DNA from: Squatina squatina
Lineage: Eukaryota
Length of the DNA stretch: 40,222 nt
Direction of reading: 5' to 3'
Assembly: GCA_031763465.1 (NCBI GenBank)
Contig: JARFOE010000107.1
Span: forward strand, 1 to 40,222
In this document: in pieces, positions 8,693-21,070 of the stretch
How the letters are laid out: the number at the start of each line of letters is the position of its first letter
Numbering within the stretch: the first letter of the stretch is position 1
The notes under the pieces: model-generated
Told to the model about the DNA's origin: nothing
Databases searched by the model: none
What the model saw: only the letters and a program-made list of their open reading frames with translations
Position numbers and translations under genes: made by a program

Positions 8693-11600
8693 CAAGGCCT
8701 ACAGTTGGCGTCAGCGATGAGGCGCAGCGGACCTGTGTGAGAGTGAAGGAGAGAATTGGAGCTTTAGAGAGCAGGAGGCAACAGTGAGGCCTGCAGTTGG
8801 TGGCAGCGGTGCAGGGCAGTGCAGCTCATGGAGACCAGTGGCAGAGTTGGAGGTGATTTCATGACTCAAATTTGTTGCGAAGCCGGGGAGGCAGCAAATT
8901 GATAATATGATCAAGTGAGTATTTGTGCTATTTTACAGTTTATTATTTTCAGCTACATTAAATTCAAGTACCTTAGATTGTGGGGAGGATTCATGAGGGC
9001 GAAATAAGGCCCAAGTGTAAATAGAATTCTTTAATTCAATTGAATTTAGATTAATTTAATTGTAATTCATGGCAGGAGAGCTCAACCCGTGGATTGCAGT
9101 CCTGTTTTATTTGGGAAATCAGGGATGATTCCAGTGTCCTTGGCGATCGTGTGCAGGATATTTGAGCAGCTGCAACTACTTGCTAATCACATTACGGAGC
9201 GAGAGCTGCGAGTGGATTCACTGTGGAGTATCCGTAATGCTGAGATCTGCAAGGATAGCACGTTTCACAATGTGGTGACATCGCAGGTAAAACCTGCAGG
9301 GGCAGGAAGGGAATGGGCGACCGACAGGCAGAGTAGAGGAAGCCCCTGTGGTCATCGCCCTCTCCAACAGATATACTGCTTTGGATATTTTTAGGCGAGA
9401 TGGCTTCTCAGGAGAAGGCAGCAGCAGCCAAGTTTGTGGCACCATGGGAGGCTCTGCTGCACAGGACGGGAGGAAAAAGATTGGGTGGGAAATAGTGATA
9501 GGGGATTCAATCGTAAGGGGAACAAATAGGCTTTACTGAGGCCGCAAACGAGACTCCAGGATGGTATGTTGCCTACGCATAGCTCAGGTCAAGGATGTCT
9601 CAGAGTGGCTGCAGTGCATTCCGGAGGAATAGCAGGAAAACAATGCAATATTGATGAAGGATATATTTGCCAACGATATAGGGGAGAAAAGGATGATGTC
9701 TTACAAACTGAATGTTGGGGGTCAGCTGGTAATTTAAAAAGTAGGACCTCAAATGTAGTAATCTCTGGCTTTCTCCCAGTGCCACGTGCTAACGAGCATA
9801 GAAAGAGGAAGAATTATCAGATGGATATGTTGCTGGAGAGATGGTGTCGAGGGACAACTCCGATTCCAGGGACTTTGGAGCTGGCTCTGGTGAAGGTTGG
9901 GCCAGTACAAACTAGATGGGTTATGCCTGGGCAGGAACGTGACCAATATCATCATCGCAGAGTTTGCTAGTGCTGCCTGGGAAGGTTTAAACAAGAATGG
10001 CAGGGGGATGGGAACCTATGCTGCGAGGTAGAGGAAACAAGGAGAAACACGGAAGACAGAAAAGGAAGGACCAAAAGTGGAAGCCGGAGAGAACAAGGGC
10101 AAGAAGCAAAATGGGCAAGAGTGCAAAAAAAAAAGCTAAGAGGACAAAGTATGTTAGAAAGAGAAGTATAAGGCATTGTACCTTAGTGCGTGGTGCTTTC
10201 AGAAAAAGTTCGTTGAATTTACAACATGAATAGATATAATCGGTTATGATATAGTTTTGATTACGGGACATGGCTGTAAGATGACCAAGGTTGGGAACTG
10301 AACATCCAAAGGTATTCAATACTTAGGAAGGACAGTCAAAAAGGGAAATGATATCGGGTAGCATTGTTACTAAAGGGGGAAATCAATCCAATAGTGAGGA
10401 AGGACATTGGTTTGGAAATTCATGATGTGGAATCTGTATGGGTGGAGGTAAGAAACACCAAGTGGCACAAAACGTTGGTTGGGGCTATCTATCGGTTCCC
10501 AAACAGTGGTGGTGATGTAGGGGATCGTATTAAACTGGAGATTAGAGATGCATTTAATAAAGGCAGAATCATGTGTGACTTTATTCTACAGAAAAAATTG
10601 TTTTACCAAATTATCAATAAAACTGCAGGAGGAATTCGTGGAGTGTGTGCATGATGATTTTTTCGACCAATACGTTGAGGAACCAACTGGAGAACAGGCT
10701 CTGCCAGACTGGGTATTGTGGAATTAGAACGGCTTAATTAAAATCTTGTTGTGCGGGGACCCTCAGGGACGAGCGACCATAACCTGCTATAAATCTTCTT
10801 TAAGATGGAGACTGAAGTAGTTGAAACCGAAACTCGGGTCCTGAATCTGAATAAAGGAAACTGCGAAGGTATGAGTTGCATGTTGGCTTTGGTAGATTTG
10901 GGAACTTGACTGAAAGGCTTGAAGGTGCATAGGCAATGGTTAGTATTTAAAAAACGTTTGCAAGAATAGAACAATTATTCATTATTGTCTGGAGCAAAAA
11001 TTCGTCAGGAAAGGTGGGTCAACCATAGTTTATAAAACAGATTATGTATAGTATTAGGGCCAAACAGGAGACATAAAATTGGCAGTAAAATAAACAGCAA
11101 GCCTGAGGATTGGGAGCAGTTTAGAATTCAGCAAAGGTGGACAAAGAGATTGATTATGAAGCGGAAATTGAGTATGAGAGTGCAATTGCAGTGAACATAA
11201 AAATGTACTGTAAAAACTTCAATAAATACGTAAAGAGAAAAAGATTTGTGGCGAAAAATGTAGCTCCCGTGCCGTAAGAAACAGAGGAAATTATACAGCG
11301 GAAAAATAAATGGCAGAGCAATTAAACACATACGTTATTTCTGTCTTCACAATGGAGGACAAACATAACCTGTTAGAAATGTTAGGGAACCAAGGGTCGA
11401 GTGCGAGGGTGGAACTGAAGGAAATCAGTGATCCTAAAAAAAGTGCTTGGGAAATTAATGGGACAAAAGTCTGACAATCAGCAAGGTCTTATTATCTGCA
11501 TCCCAGAGTATTACGGGAGGTGGCCCTGGCAACAGTGGATTCGTTGGTGGCCATCTTCCAAAATTCTTTTGATTCTGTAAGTTATTACATATTGGAGGGT

Positions 11601-13055
11601 GGCAAATGTAACCCCACTATTTCAAAAAGGAGGAGAGAAAAAAAACAGGGAATTACAAACGAGTTAGACTAATATCAGTCGTGGGGAAATTCCGAGAGTC
11701 TATTGTCAAATATTTAATAACAGAACACTTGGAAACCATTAACGGGATTGGACAAAAACAGGATGGGTTTATGAAAGAGACACCATGATTAACAAATCGA
11801 TTGGGAACTTTTGAGGATGCAAGTAGTGGAATAGGTAAGGAAGAACCAGTGGATGTGGTGTATTTGGATTTTCAGAAGGCTTTGATAATATCCCACTAAT
11901 GTTTATTGTGCAAAATTGAAGCACATGGGTTTGGGACACTATAGTGGCATCGATTGACAAATGGTTGACAGACAGGAAACAGAGATTAGGAGTAAATGGG
12001 TATTTTCCCGGGAGGCAGGCAGTGACTAGTGGGGTGCCACAGGGATCAGTGCTGGGACCCAGCTATCCAAAATATAAATCAAAGATTTGGATGAAGTAAC
12101 GAAATGTAACATGTCCAGGTTAGCAGAAGACACAAAACTTGGGGTGGGGGGTAGGTGACGGTGGGATGTGAGCTGTGAGAAGGATGAAAAAAGGCTCCGT
12201 TGTGATTGAGACAAGTTGGGTGAGAGGGAAAATGCATGGTAGCTGCAGCACCACGTGGTAAATGTGAGGTTTTCCACATTGGTTCCAAAAACAATAACGC
12301 AGATTATTATCTGAACGGCGATAGCTTGGGAAACGGAGATTTGCTACAAGACCTGGGTGTCCTTGTGCACCAGTCGCTGAAAGGAAGGGTTCGGGTGCAG
12401 CAAGATGTTTGGAAGTCGAATGGTATGTTGGCGTTCATTGCAAGTGGATTCGAGAAGAGGAGCAAGGTGTCTTACTGCAGTTATACAGGGTCATGGTGAG
12501 ACCACATCTGGAGTATTGTGTACAGTTCGCTTCTCCTTATGTGAGGAAAGCCGGGCTTGCCACGGAAGGAGTGGAACAAAGGTTTACCAGACTGATTCCT
12601 GGGATGGCAAGACTGACGTATGAGGAGAGATTATGTCAATTAGGCCTAAATTCACAAAAGTTTAGAAGAATGAAAGGTGCTCTCATCGGCACCTGTAACT
12701 TCTAACAGGACTAGACAGACGAGATGGATGTTCCAGATGGCTGAGGTGTTCAGAACCAGGGGGCATGGGCTCAGGATAGCGGGTATTCTCTTTAGAACCG
12801 AGATGAGTAGAAATTTCTTCACTCAGAGGTTGGTGAACCAGTGGAATTCTCTACCACAAAAGCCAGAGCAGGCCAAGTAATTGAATATATTCAAGAAGGA
12901 GATGGATATTTTTCTTAATGCGAAAGGGATCAAGGGATACGGGGAGAAAGCAAGAACAGGATAATGAAGTAGACAATCTCCCATGATATTGATTATATTG
13001 AATGGCGAAGCAAGCACGAAGGGTCTACTCCTGCTCCCATTTTTTTACATTTGTA
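8693..13055 (+). mobile_element. Near full-length, heavily decayed CR1 LINE (about 4.35 kb)
   Basis: 5' UTR; ORF1 ATG at 9069 with Cys-rich start, coiled coil (QLQLLANHITERELRVDSLWSIR) and esterase IVIGDSIVRG near 9490; ORF2 APE (VESVWVEVRN...LVGAIYRFPNS); RT SGVPQGSVLGP at 12028; FADD decayed to LAED at 12120; WNSLP near 12842; 3' UTR to about 13055. Many stops and frameshifts. Confidence 0.93.
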
Positions 13056-13074
13056 AGTCAAAAACAATACAGAA

Positions 13075-13561
13075 GCTGTTGAGCAGGTGCAATTAAGAAT
13101 GGAATAGAATTTCCAGAAATAAGATGTACCTATCAGGAAATAGTGAAGAGACAGGAGATAAATTCTCTAAAAATGAGAAGAGCGAGACCTTCAAAATTAT
13201 GAAACGTTTTCCTTCGGTAGACGAAGGTTGCATTTTCACACTTGTCGGGAAATCCAATATAAGCTTCCAGAAATATAAAATGCTCCCCAATAAATCCAAT
13301 GGGGAATTCTGTAGAAATAGCTCTAACAAGAGAATGATTCGAATGTAGAAATCACTGCCGCACAGAGCATTTGATGTAAAAATCTTTGTTGTATTTAAGG
13401 GAATCTGGATGAACACATGTGCGACAAGGGAATATAAGGACTTACTGATAATGTGTGATGAGGACGGGTCAGATGATTCTCGATTCGTGCAAGAAATACG
13501 GCATGATGAGTTGGACCAAAGGGCCTGTTTATGAGATGTATACACTTGTTAATTCTATGTA
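13075..13561 (+). mobile_element. Old CR1 3' end, different subfamily
   Basis: ETFKIMK...NKSNGEFCRN...RMIRM, then TTGGACCAAAGGGCCTGTTT and an AATTCTATGTA tail. Confidence 0.75.
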
Positions 13562-13569
13562 GCTTCACA

Positions 13570-13700
13570 CCCTAAACACCCGACACTGCAACATTCCCGC
13601 TGCTCTGCACTGCTTCACATGTTAAACCAGATTCTTGCTCAAGTCTTTGGCGTATGTCTAGGAAAGAGGCTCTAGTGCTACCACTGATTCATATCTGACA
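13570..13700 (-). mobile_element. Decayed tRNA-derived SINE head remnant
   Basis: GACACTGCAACATTCCC...CTGCACTG...GCTCAAGTCT...AGAGGC...AGTGCTACCACTGA resembles the antisense 5' part of a shark Deu-type SINE as I recall it. Highly diverged. Confidence 0.4.
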
Positions 13701-13961
13701 GCGAGAGCCCTATCCAGTTAGTTGACTAGTTCTGCAGCCACATTCTGTATCAGGGAGTGCGCTGGTATCTGCAGAGTGTTTCTCAGATTTACAAAGTTTC
13801 CCAATTTTTAAATACCGCTAGGGGGCATGTGTTTAAATTTGAATAAAGTTTGCCCATGACAATGTTTCAACATGAACAATGCGTCTCTCCACATGTGGGG
13901 TTCAATATAATGTACATAATCGTTTGTGCAGGCAAAAGGGAAGGATACATCAGTTGCATCA

Positions 13962-14310
13962 GATGTTTTGATGGAACTGTGTAGAGGGAGATTTACTCTG
14001 TATCTTACACTTGCTGCACTTGCCCTGGGAGTGTTTGATGGGTGAGTGTAGAGGGAGTTTCACTCTGTACCTTACTCATGTTGTACCAGCCCTGTGACTG
14101 GTTGATAGGACAGAGTAGAGGGAGGTTCACAAGTGTACCTAATCCATGCTTTACCTGCCCTGGGAGTCATTGATGGGACAGTGTAGAGGGAGGTTTTCTC
14201 TGTATCTAACCAGTGCCGTATCAGCCTTGGTTGTGTTTAATGGGACAGTGTAGAGGGAGCTTCAGTCCTGACCAAACAAAGGTTGTATCTGCCCTTGGAG
14301 ACATTGTGGA
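13962..14310. repeat. 67-bp tandem repeat, 5 diverged copies
   Basis: GTAGAGGGAG occurs at 13981, 14048, 14115, 14183 and 14250. Confidence 0.9.
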
Positions 14311-14311
14311 G

Positions 14312-16886
14312 ACGGGTTGTCGAACATGCGACCGGCGGGCCAGTGAACGGCCAGCTAAAGGCGAAGATCCGGCCCGCCACTTGTCCCTTGAGTACACTCC
14401 ACCAAACTGAAAATGTTGCGCTCATGTCTCAGATTGGCGGATTCTCAGGTTTTGAATTCCCTTTATTTGATACACACTCTGTTCTCAATTCGAGCTCGGA
14501 GTTAATCTCAATTTCCCTCACTGATTGCGGCTCTGAAGGAACACCGAAACATAGAAAACACTCCCCACCCCCCCACGCCAGCCTGTTGCCCAGGGACCCA
14601 GCGGTCTGGTGCAGGGGTGGATGATTGACAGGTCCCAGCGAGTGTGTCCTGAGCAGGTGCCGTGCGGACCACCGGAGGGGAGGGTCACATGGGGCTGAGC
14701 AGGGACTGAGTCTCAGGAGCAGATATTCCAGCTGGCCCCGATCACATTCAGATGTTGAGGAACATTACTTCCCCGCACCTCGGCACAGTTTCTGACTCAG
14801 AACCAACATCAGCCTTGACAGCAACTGCGCCAGGATGGTGAGGGCATCAGCACAAACAGAAGTTTATTTTGTCCCAGTTTAAACCTGCGCAAAACTGGTC
14901 CGCCAAATACTATACTATTGCACATCAATTATATAAATAAAATTAATAGTTCTAAACTAACAAAAAATCCAAGTCAAACAGATGGTATCTAAAGCACATA
15001 AAATAAGGCACCAGAATCTTGGACAAATGCCGACTCCCATGTTTATGGAAAACAAAATCAAAATTAATGTTGAATATCGAGCCTTCAGGCCTCTGGGCCG
15101 CTGACGGTTTTTTGTGTCTGAACACTAAGGAGCCATATTGTGTCCGCTATTTCATAAGAATTTACTGGTTTTCAAGGAATATAATATCAAGTTACATTAT
15201 TTGATGCAACACGCTCGTAAATTTGACAAGGTCATGGGTCAGCTCAGAAATTATCGAGTGAACTTACAGAAGCAAAATATGATTGGCAAACAATCTTTCT
15301 TCACAGCAGCAACCCAGAATTCCGTGGCATCAAACAAAATAAGCCATGACAGGGCCTTTGTCTGATGGATATTTGCGAAGGACTGCTTGGGCCTACCGAC
15401 ATCGGTGGCAAGTCCTGTCAAAAATTTGATGGTAGAGTAAATCAACCTTTCACATTGGACCGTTGCTAGAAGGGTAGACTATCGAGCATTCAACAAACAA
15501 AATTCTCTGATCAGAAGACTCCAAGCTTGTGAGTTTTACTGGTTAGGGCTGGATGGAAGTGCATAATTGAGTGATACAGGTCAACTGGTAATCTTTGCAC
15601 GAGCAGTCACCAAAACGTTCAAAGTTGTTCAGGAACTGTTCAACCTATTGATGGAACAGTATTCAAATTAGAGCCCCATGAAGTAATCGGGATTAACTGC
15701 ATCACTCACTTAGTTCAGCTGAGCACAAAGTCCCTGGAGATCAAACATGTGAAGGAAAATGTTGTTCATAAAATCAATTTCATAAGGTCCAAGGGGGCCA
15801 ATCACAGGCAATGGGAAGCCTTTCTTACAGAGGTAGAATCAGACCATGATTCTGTCGTTTACATCAGCCTTGTTCCTTGCCTCAGCAGGGCGGCGCACTC
15901 ACCAGATTCTGCTCACTGTTTGAAGAACAAAAGATCTTCATATCAAACAAAAGAAAAGATGTAAGCTCAATAGATGATGAAGAATTCTTGAATGACTTTG
16001 CATTCAAATTTTACATCACCAATTATCTTGCAGACGTGAATATGCAACTACCACGAATGGATCAATATCTAAGGAAGTTTTACGGGCAGATCCAACAGGT
16101 TATTAACAAGTTAGTGTTGATTCACACCAGTTGTTTGTGACGAAAGTAGTCCAATTCACAACGCTATTAACAATGAATAGTAAGACAGTGAACCATGAAA
16201 ATGATTCTGTACTGACAGGTAGAATAAGAGATAATCTGCAAAAACACATTTCGGCGTTCATGAACTGAATTCGGATTTGATGAGTTGAACCTCTTTGCAG
16301 ATGCTCTTGGAACTGATGCCACTGATACCCAGACATGTTCCAACTGGACCGAAGTGGGACCCAGAATGACAGTAAAATGAAGGGAGCTTTCACAGAGCTT
16401 CTGATAGTATAAGGTCAATATTTGCCTTCAGAGTCACATCCGAATCTATCAAAACATGCCTTTCGATTTTTGTAACTGTTTAGCTTATTGCTTCTAGCAA
16501 CTTTTCCAAGAATGAGAAATAATGAAATCAAAATCAAGAGCACTCCTGACAGATGAACATCTCTCCATTATACTCAGCATTACAACATCAACCTTCCTGG
16601 CAGACACGGACTGCTTTTGAAATCAAAAACTATGCCAGATATCTTACTAAATCAATGTCTAATATAGTGATGAGCAAGTACACTCATCAAGTAATCTGGT
16701 CATTTGAAGCTTTTTCACAAGAAAATGACCCTTTTTGTTGTTTTGATCAAAAGTTAAAGAAAAGCATAAAATCATATCTAATCTAGAATCTAATGCTTTC
16801 TCTCTCCAAAATTTGCTCACCGGCTCTCTATGTGGCGCACACATTGCAATGTGATCCCTTACGAAAAAAATGGTTGGACAATTCTT
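14312..16886 (+). mobile_element. hAT-Charlie/SPIN-like DNA transposon, decayed (about 2.6 kb)
   Basis: Left end ACGGGTTGTCGAAC followed by GGCCCG-type subterminal motifs; right end GTTGGACAATTCTT (inverted TTGTCCAAC core); internal transposase remains. No TSD recognisable. Confidence 0.85.
14980..16650 (+). pseudogene. Disrupted hAT transposase (GTF2IRD2/SPIN/Charlie-like)
   Basis: CPLFHKNLLVFKEYNIKLHYLMQH (BED-type finger region, KEYN motif); VVHKINFIRSKGANHRQWEAFLTEVESDHDSVVY...CLSR; LTRFCSLFEEQKIF...EFLNDFAF...ITNYLADVNMQL. Multiple frameshifts. Confidence 0.85.
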
Positions 16887-18374
16887 ATATATTGGGGCAG
16901 AAATTGCGATCTCCCCAGGTAGGTCCGTTGTTCCCAAGCACCAGGGGAGACATCGCAAATGCTGATTCTCAGGCTACAATATGCATTCCCACAGAACCAG
17001 CATTTGAGATCTTCCAAGAGGCGTATTGACAGATCCAAATCTTAAGCTGGAAAAATGGTTTCCAGCGTTGAGACTTACGAGATTTTCTCAATGCTACCAA
17101 TGGATATCTGATAAAGATTTATTATTTCATGCATGTTAAAACCGAGCATACATGCAGGGTGTTATCAGCGTAAGATTCATTATTTTTAAAAAAGTGGTAT
17201 ATTTCCTTAAAACCTTTGCCAGTAAGGTAACTATGCGTTTCAACATTTTGAAAGATCTTTTTTAAATTTTAAAAACAATCATTGTTAATAAATGTTACTG
17301 TTAGTATAGTTTTTAAATCGTTTTAGAATGTTTTTTTTTTCATCTTTCATTCAAGATTTGACAGTTCTGTGACAAATGTCAAAACCGTGATGAAATATAC
17401 TTCCAGCTGATTGGATGGGGCGTCCCATGTGACCTCTCCACAGCCTTCACTCTTCGTGCCCGGGAATCGAGTGATCCCCACTCAGAATCTCCACCTCGGG
17501 GGCGGGGTCACGGGGGGGTGGGTTCAGTGTTGAATTGCTGAAGTTGGGTGAATCGAGGACTGTCAGGAAAGTGCGTAATTTTTTTGCCATCGTAAGCCCC
17601 AGCTCGCAGGACGCGTCCAATCACAATTTCAAGGTCATATTGCAGATGGATATCATGTTTATTTGATGACCAGTGTATGAGGGAGAATGCCCAGTACCGC
17701 AGTATGCATAGGCAGGAGGAGGAATCGTTGCATGTGATTCAGTGTCCCGGAATTCCTCACCCTGGGTCCTGGACAATGCTTTCCCCAAGTGCAATTCTGC
17801 AGAATAAAGACACAAGGCTTGTCATGCTCTCCCTGCACCTCCAGGCTTCCCAACTTTTCCTCTACGGGGCATTTGTGCTTAAAGCAGGCGCAGAATTTGT
17901 AATGGCAGGTCAGAGAGGGGGACGGGGCCGAGCCATATCTCACAGTTGGTGCTTTGTGGTTGGACATTTCTTGGGTGCCTGCGGAATCTGGCTGCTCCTC
18001 TCGGATCCTGCGTTCTGAGAAGGACTGCGAACAAAGAACAGGTGGTCTAAAAAGGTAAGTAGATATTTTCTCCGCACAACAATTCATTACATCCTTGAAG
18101 CTCTTTATAAATCCTGCAGCCAGATGTCTCCAGCCCCGAGGAATGCGTCAGCTTACTGTAAATTGTTTGGCCTCACAGGTCGTGGCTCATATGTTCAATA
18201 GAAGGACTGTCTAAAACCATGTTCAGCAAATCGATTTAAATGGTCCTCTAACATGTTCCAGAGATGCGTAACGACAGATGGGGATCGTTCTTTCAGGTAA
18301 GTATTTGCTTTCTTGCTATGAATTGCTCTGTGAGACTGAATGACACCTTATTTTACCATTTCTCTCACATGCCC

Positions 18375-18450
18375 AGCATTGGCCTGTAATCAGGTACATT
18401 CCACACACTCACAGCATTGGCCTGTAATCAGGTATATTCTGCGCACTCAG
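18375..18450. repeat. Tandem duplication of about 38 bp (CAGCATTGGCCTGTAATCAGGTAYATT...)
   Basis: Two adjacent near-identical copies. Confidence 0.85.
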
Positions 18451-19004
18451 ATCCTCATAAGGAACCATCCTCACAATCACAGGAGCTGACACAGGGAACG
18501 TGTTGTTCTAAATCTTAGTTCCATTAGCAACCTCTGGAGGCCTGAAGCTGCCCCTCCCCATCCGACGTAATAATTTACAGAACGTGTTACTGGAATAGCG
18601 TTTGTCTTCAACCCTATTCTATTCTCCATCTTGGAAATTCTGTAGCCTTAAGCTGCCACACATTTTTTGACAGTACATTTGGGGGACAGCACAAGAAAAA
18701 GAGAGTGACAGCAAATATGCAGTACATGCTCCGAGAAATTATGCGGATGGGAGATTGGGCAAAGGGTAAAGAGGTGTAGCGTGATCAGTGCATCGTGAGG
18801 TAGAAGAAAATTGGGGAACGCTTTAGATGCACTGAAGGAGGTGACCAATTGAATGGCAGGAATAACAGTTCTCCAGCTTGCAGGGGCTTGAGCAATGTCT
18901 GCCGGTGGTGGAACAAGGTGAGCAGTAAATGAGGAGTAATCTAAAGTCACAGAAGCAGAGAGTGAAACTGAGTTCTGCAGAGCAATGTATGAGTATAAGA
19001 GAGA

Positions 19005-21070
19005 GAAGTGAAATACTGCAGATGCTGGAATCGAGAAACAAACGAAACACACTGGAAATCCTCAGCAGCTCAGGCAGCATCTGTGGAGAGAAAAACAGAG
19101 TCAACATTCTGGGTCGATGACCCTTCATCAGAACTGAAAGAAGCCAGAAAAACAGCATGTGTTAAATCATTCACAGGCAAAGGGGTGGGGGTGCGGGGTG
19201 GGAGGGGAGAGGGAAGGAAAAAGTAAAATAATAGTGCGATTATCTGGAATGCAGAAATGATGAGGCGATAATGCAAGGCAATCAGACGTGGTAATGGCAA
19301 CAGTACGAAGCACATTACATCTAGATGAGGTGTAAACAGGGGGAAAACCGAAGGAGTCATGAGACGGAAACGGAAAAGAGACCTGATTTAAATTGATGAA
19401 AAGAAAAAAAAAATAAATGTAACAAAAAGACAGAGCAGATGTTATGCTCTGAAATTGTTGAACTCAATGTTAAGTCCAGAAGGCTGAAAAATGCCGATTC
19501 GAAAGATGAGGTGTTGTTTCTCGAGCTTGTGTTGAGTTTCATTGGAACAGTGTAACAGGCCAAAGACAGAAAGGTCAGAGTAGGAATGATGTGGAGAATT
19601 AAAGTGACAGGCTACTGGAAGTTCGGGATACCACTTTCAGACTGAACAGCGGTGTTCTGCAAAGCGGTCACCCAAATCTACGTTTGGTCTCTCCTATGTA
19701 GAGGAGACCACATCGTGAGCAGCGAAGACAGTATACTGAATTGAAAGAAGTAAAAGCAAATCGCTGTCTCACCTGGAAGGAATGTTTATGGCACTGGACA
19801 GTGGGAAGGGAGGAGGTAAAAAGACAGGTGTAACATCTCCTGTGATTTCACAGGAATGCCCCGTGAGAAGGGGAAGGGATGCTGTGGATGATGGAGGTGT
19901 GGACCAGGGTGTCGCAGAGGGAGCAGTCCCTTCGGAAAGCTGAAAGGACAGGGAAGGGAATAATGAGCTTGGTAGTGGGATCACGTGGAAAATGCGAAAA
20001 TGGTGGTGGATGATCCATTGAATGTGGAGGCTGGTGGGGTGAAAGTTGAGGACAAGGGGAATCCTATCATGGATCTGGGTGGGAAGGGAGTTAATTAGGA
20101 CAGAGGTGCGGGAAAAGGAATGGACACAGTCGAGGGCTATGTCTGTCACGGTAGAGGGGAATTCTCGGTTGAGGAAAAAAGAAGAAATGTCGGAAACGCT
20201 GGTTTGCAAGCGGCATCATCAGAACAGATGCGACGGAGGCGGAGGAACTGGGAGAATGGAATGGAATCTTTTCAGGAAGTGGGGTGGGAGGAAGTGCGCT
20301 CTAGTGAGCTGTGGGAGTCACTGGGCATATAGTAGATATTTGTGAGCAGTCTATACCCAGAAATGGAGACAGATAATTAGAGTAATGGAAAGGAACTTTC
20401 AGAGATGGGCCATATGAAGGTTAGGGAAGAGTGGAAACTGGAAGCAAAGTGAATGTAATTTTCAAATTCGGGGCGAGAGCAGGAAATGGCACGATACCGT
20501 CATCAATGTACTGGGAAAATAGCTTGGGGTGGGGGCCTGAGTAGGACTGGAACAAAGAATATTCCACATATCCCACGAAGAGGCAGGCATAGCTCGGACC
20601 CATGTGGGTGCCCATTGCAACACAATTAATTTGGAGGAAGTGAGCGGAGTCAAAGGAGAAGTTGTTGAAGGTGAAAACAAGCGCTGCCTGGTGGAGGAGT
20701 GTGGTTGTGGATGGGGAGAGGTTGAGGTCTGTTCAAGGAAGAAACAGAGCGCCCTCAGGCCCCCATGGGGTGGATGGATGTGTAGAGGGATTCGACATCC
20801 ATGATGAAGAGGAGACGGTTGGGAGCAGGAAATTGGAAAACTTTAATTTAGCGGACAGCTTTTGAAGAGTCATGGATGTATGTGGGAAGAGACTGAACGT
20901 GGGGAAATAAACAGATTCGAGGTCAGAGGAAATCAGTTCAGTGCAGCAACAACAGTCTGAAGTGATGGGTCTAATGGGGCCGTCCTGTTTGTGGACCTTG
21001 GGAAGGAGGTGGAAGCGGGCTGTGCAGGTTTGGAGATCTATGAAGTTGGCGGTCGTGGAGTGAAGATTTC
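19005..21070 (-). mobile_element. Penelope-like element (PLE), 5'-truncated and decayed: RT, GIY-YIG endonuclease and 3' pLTR
   Basis: TARFHLLPKVHKQDGPIRPI; MGTHMGPSYACLFVGYVE; YIDD at 20499-20510; VYCLRCSRCGLLYIGETKR near 19680-19740; terminal CCACAGATGCTGCC...CCAGCATCTGCAGT segment. Confidence 0.92.
19099..19135 (-). ncRNA. Degenerate minimal type I hammerhead ribozyme in the Penelope pLTR
   Basis: Minus strand reads AGTT-CTGATGA-A-GGGTC-ATC-GACCC-AGAATGTT-GACT. The CUGAUGA box, 5-bp stem II and short stem I are intact; the expected GAAACG box is mutated to AGAATG. Confidence 0.65.

Noticed and set aside
18650-19000. Possible coding or L2 fragment next to the Penelope end (also 21070-21620)
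   Set aside because: Too decayed to assign from motifs, so it was left unannotated.
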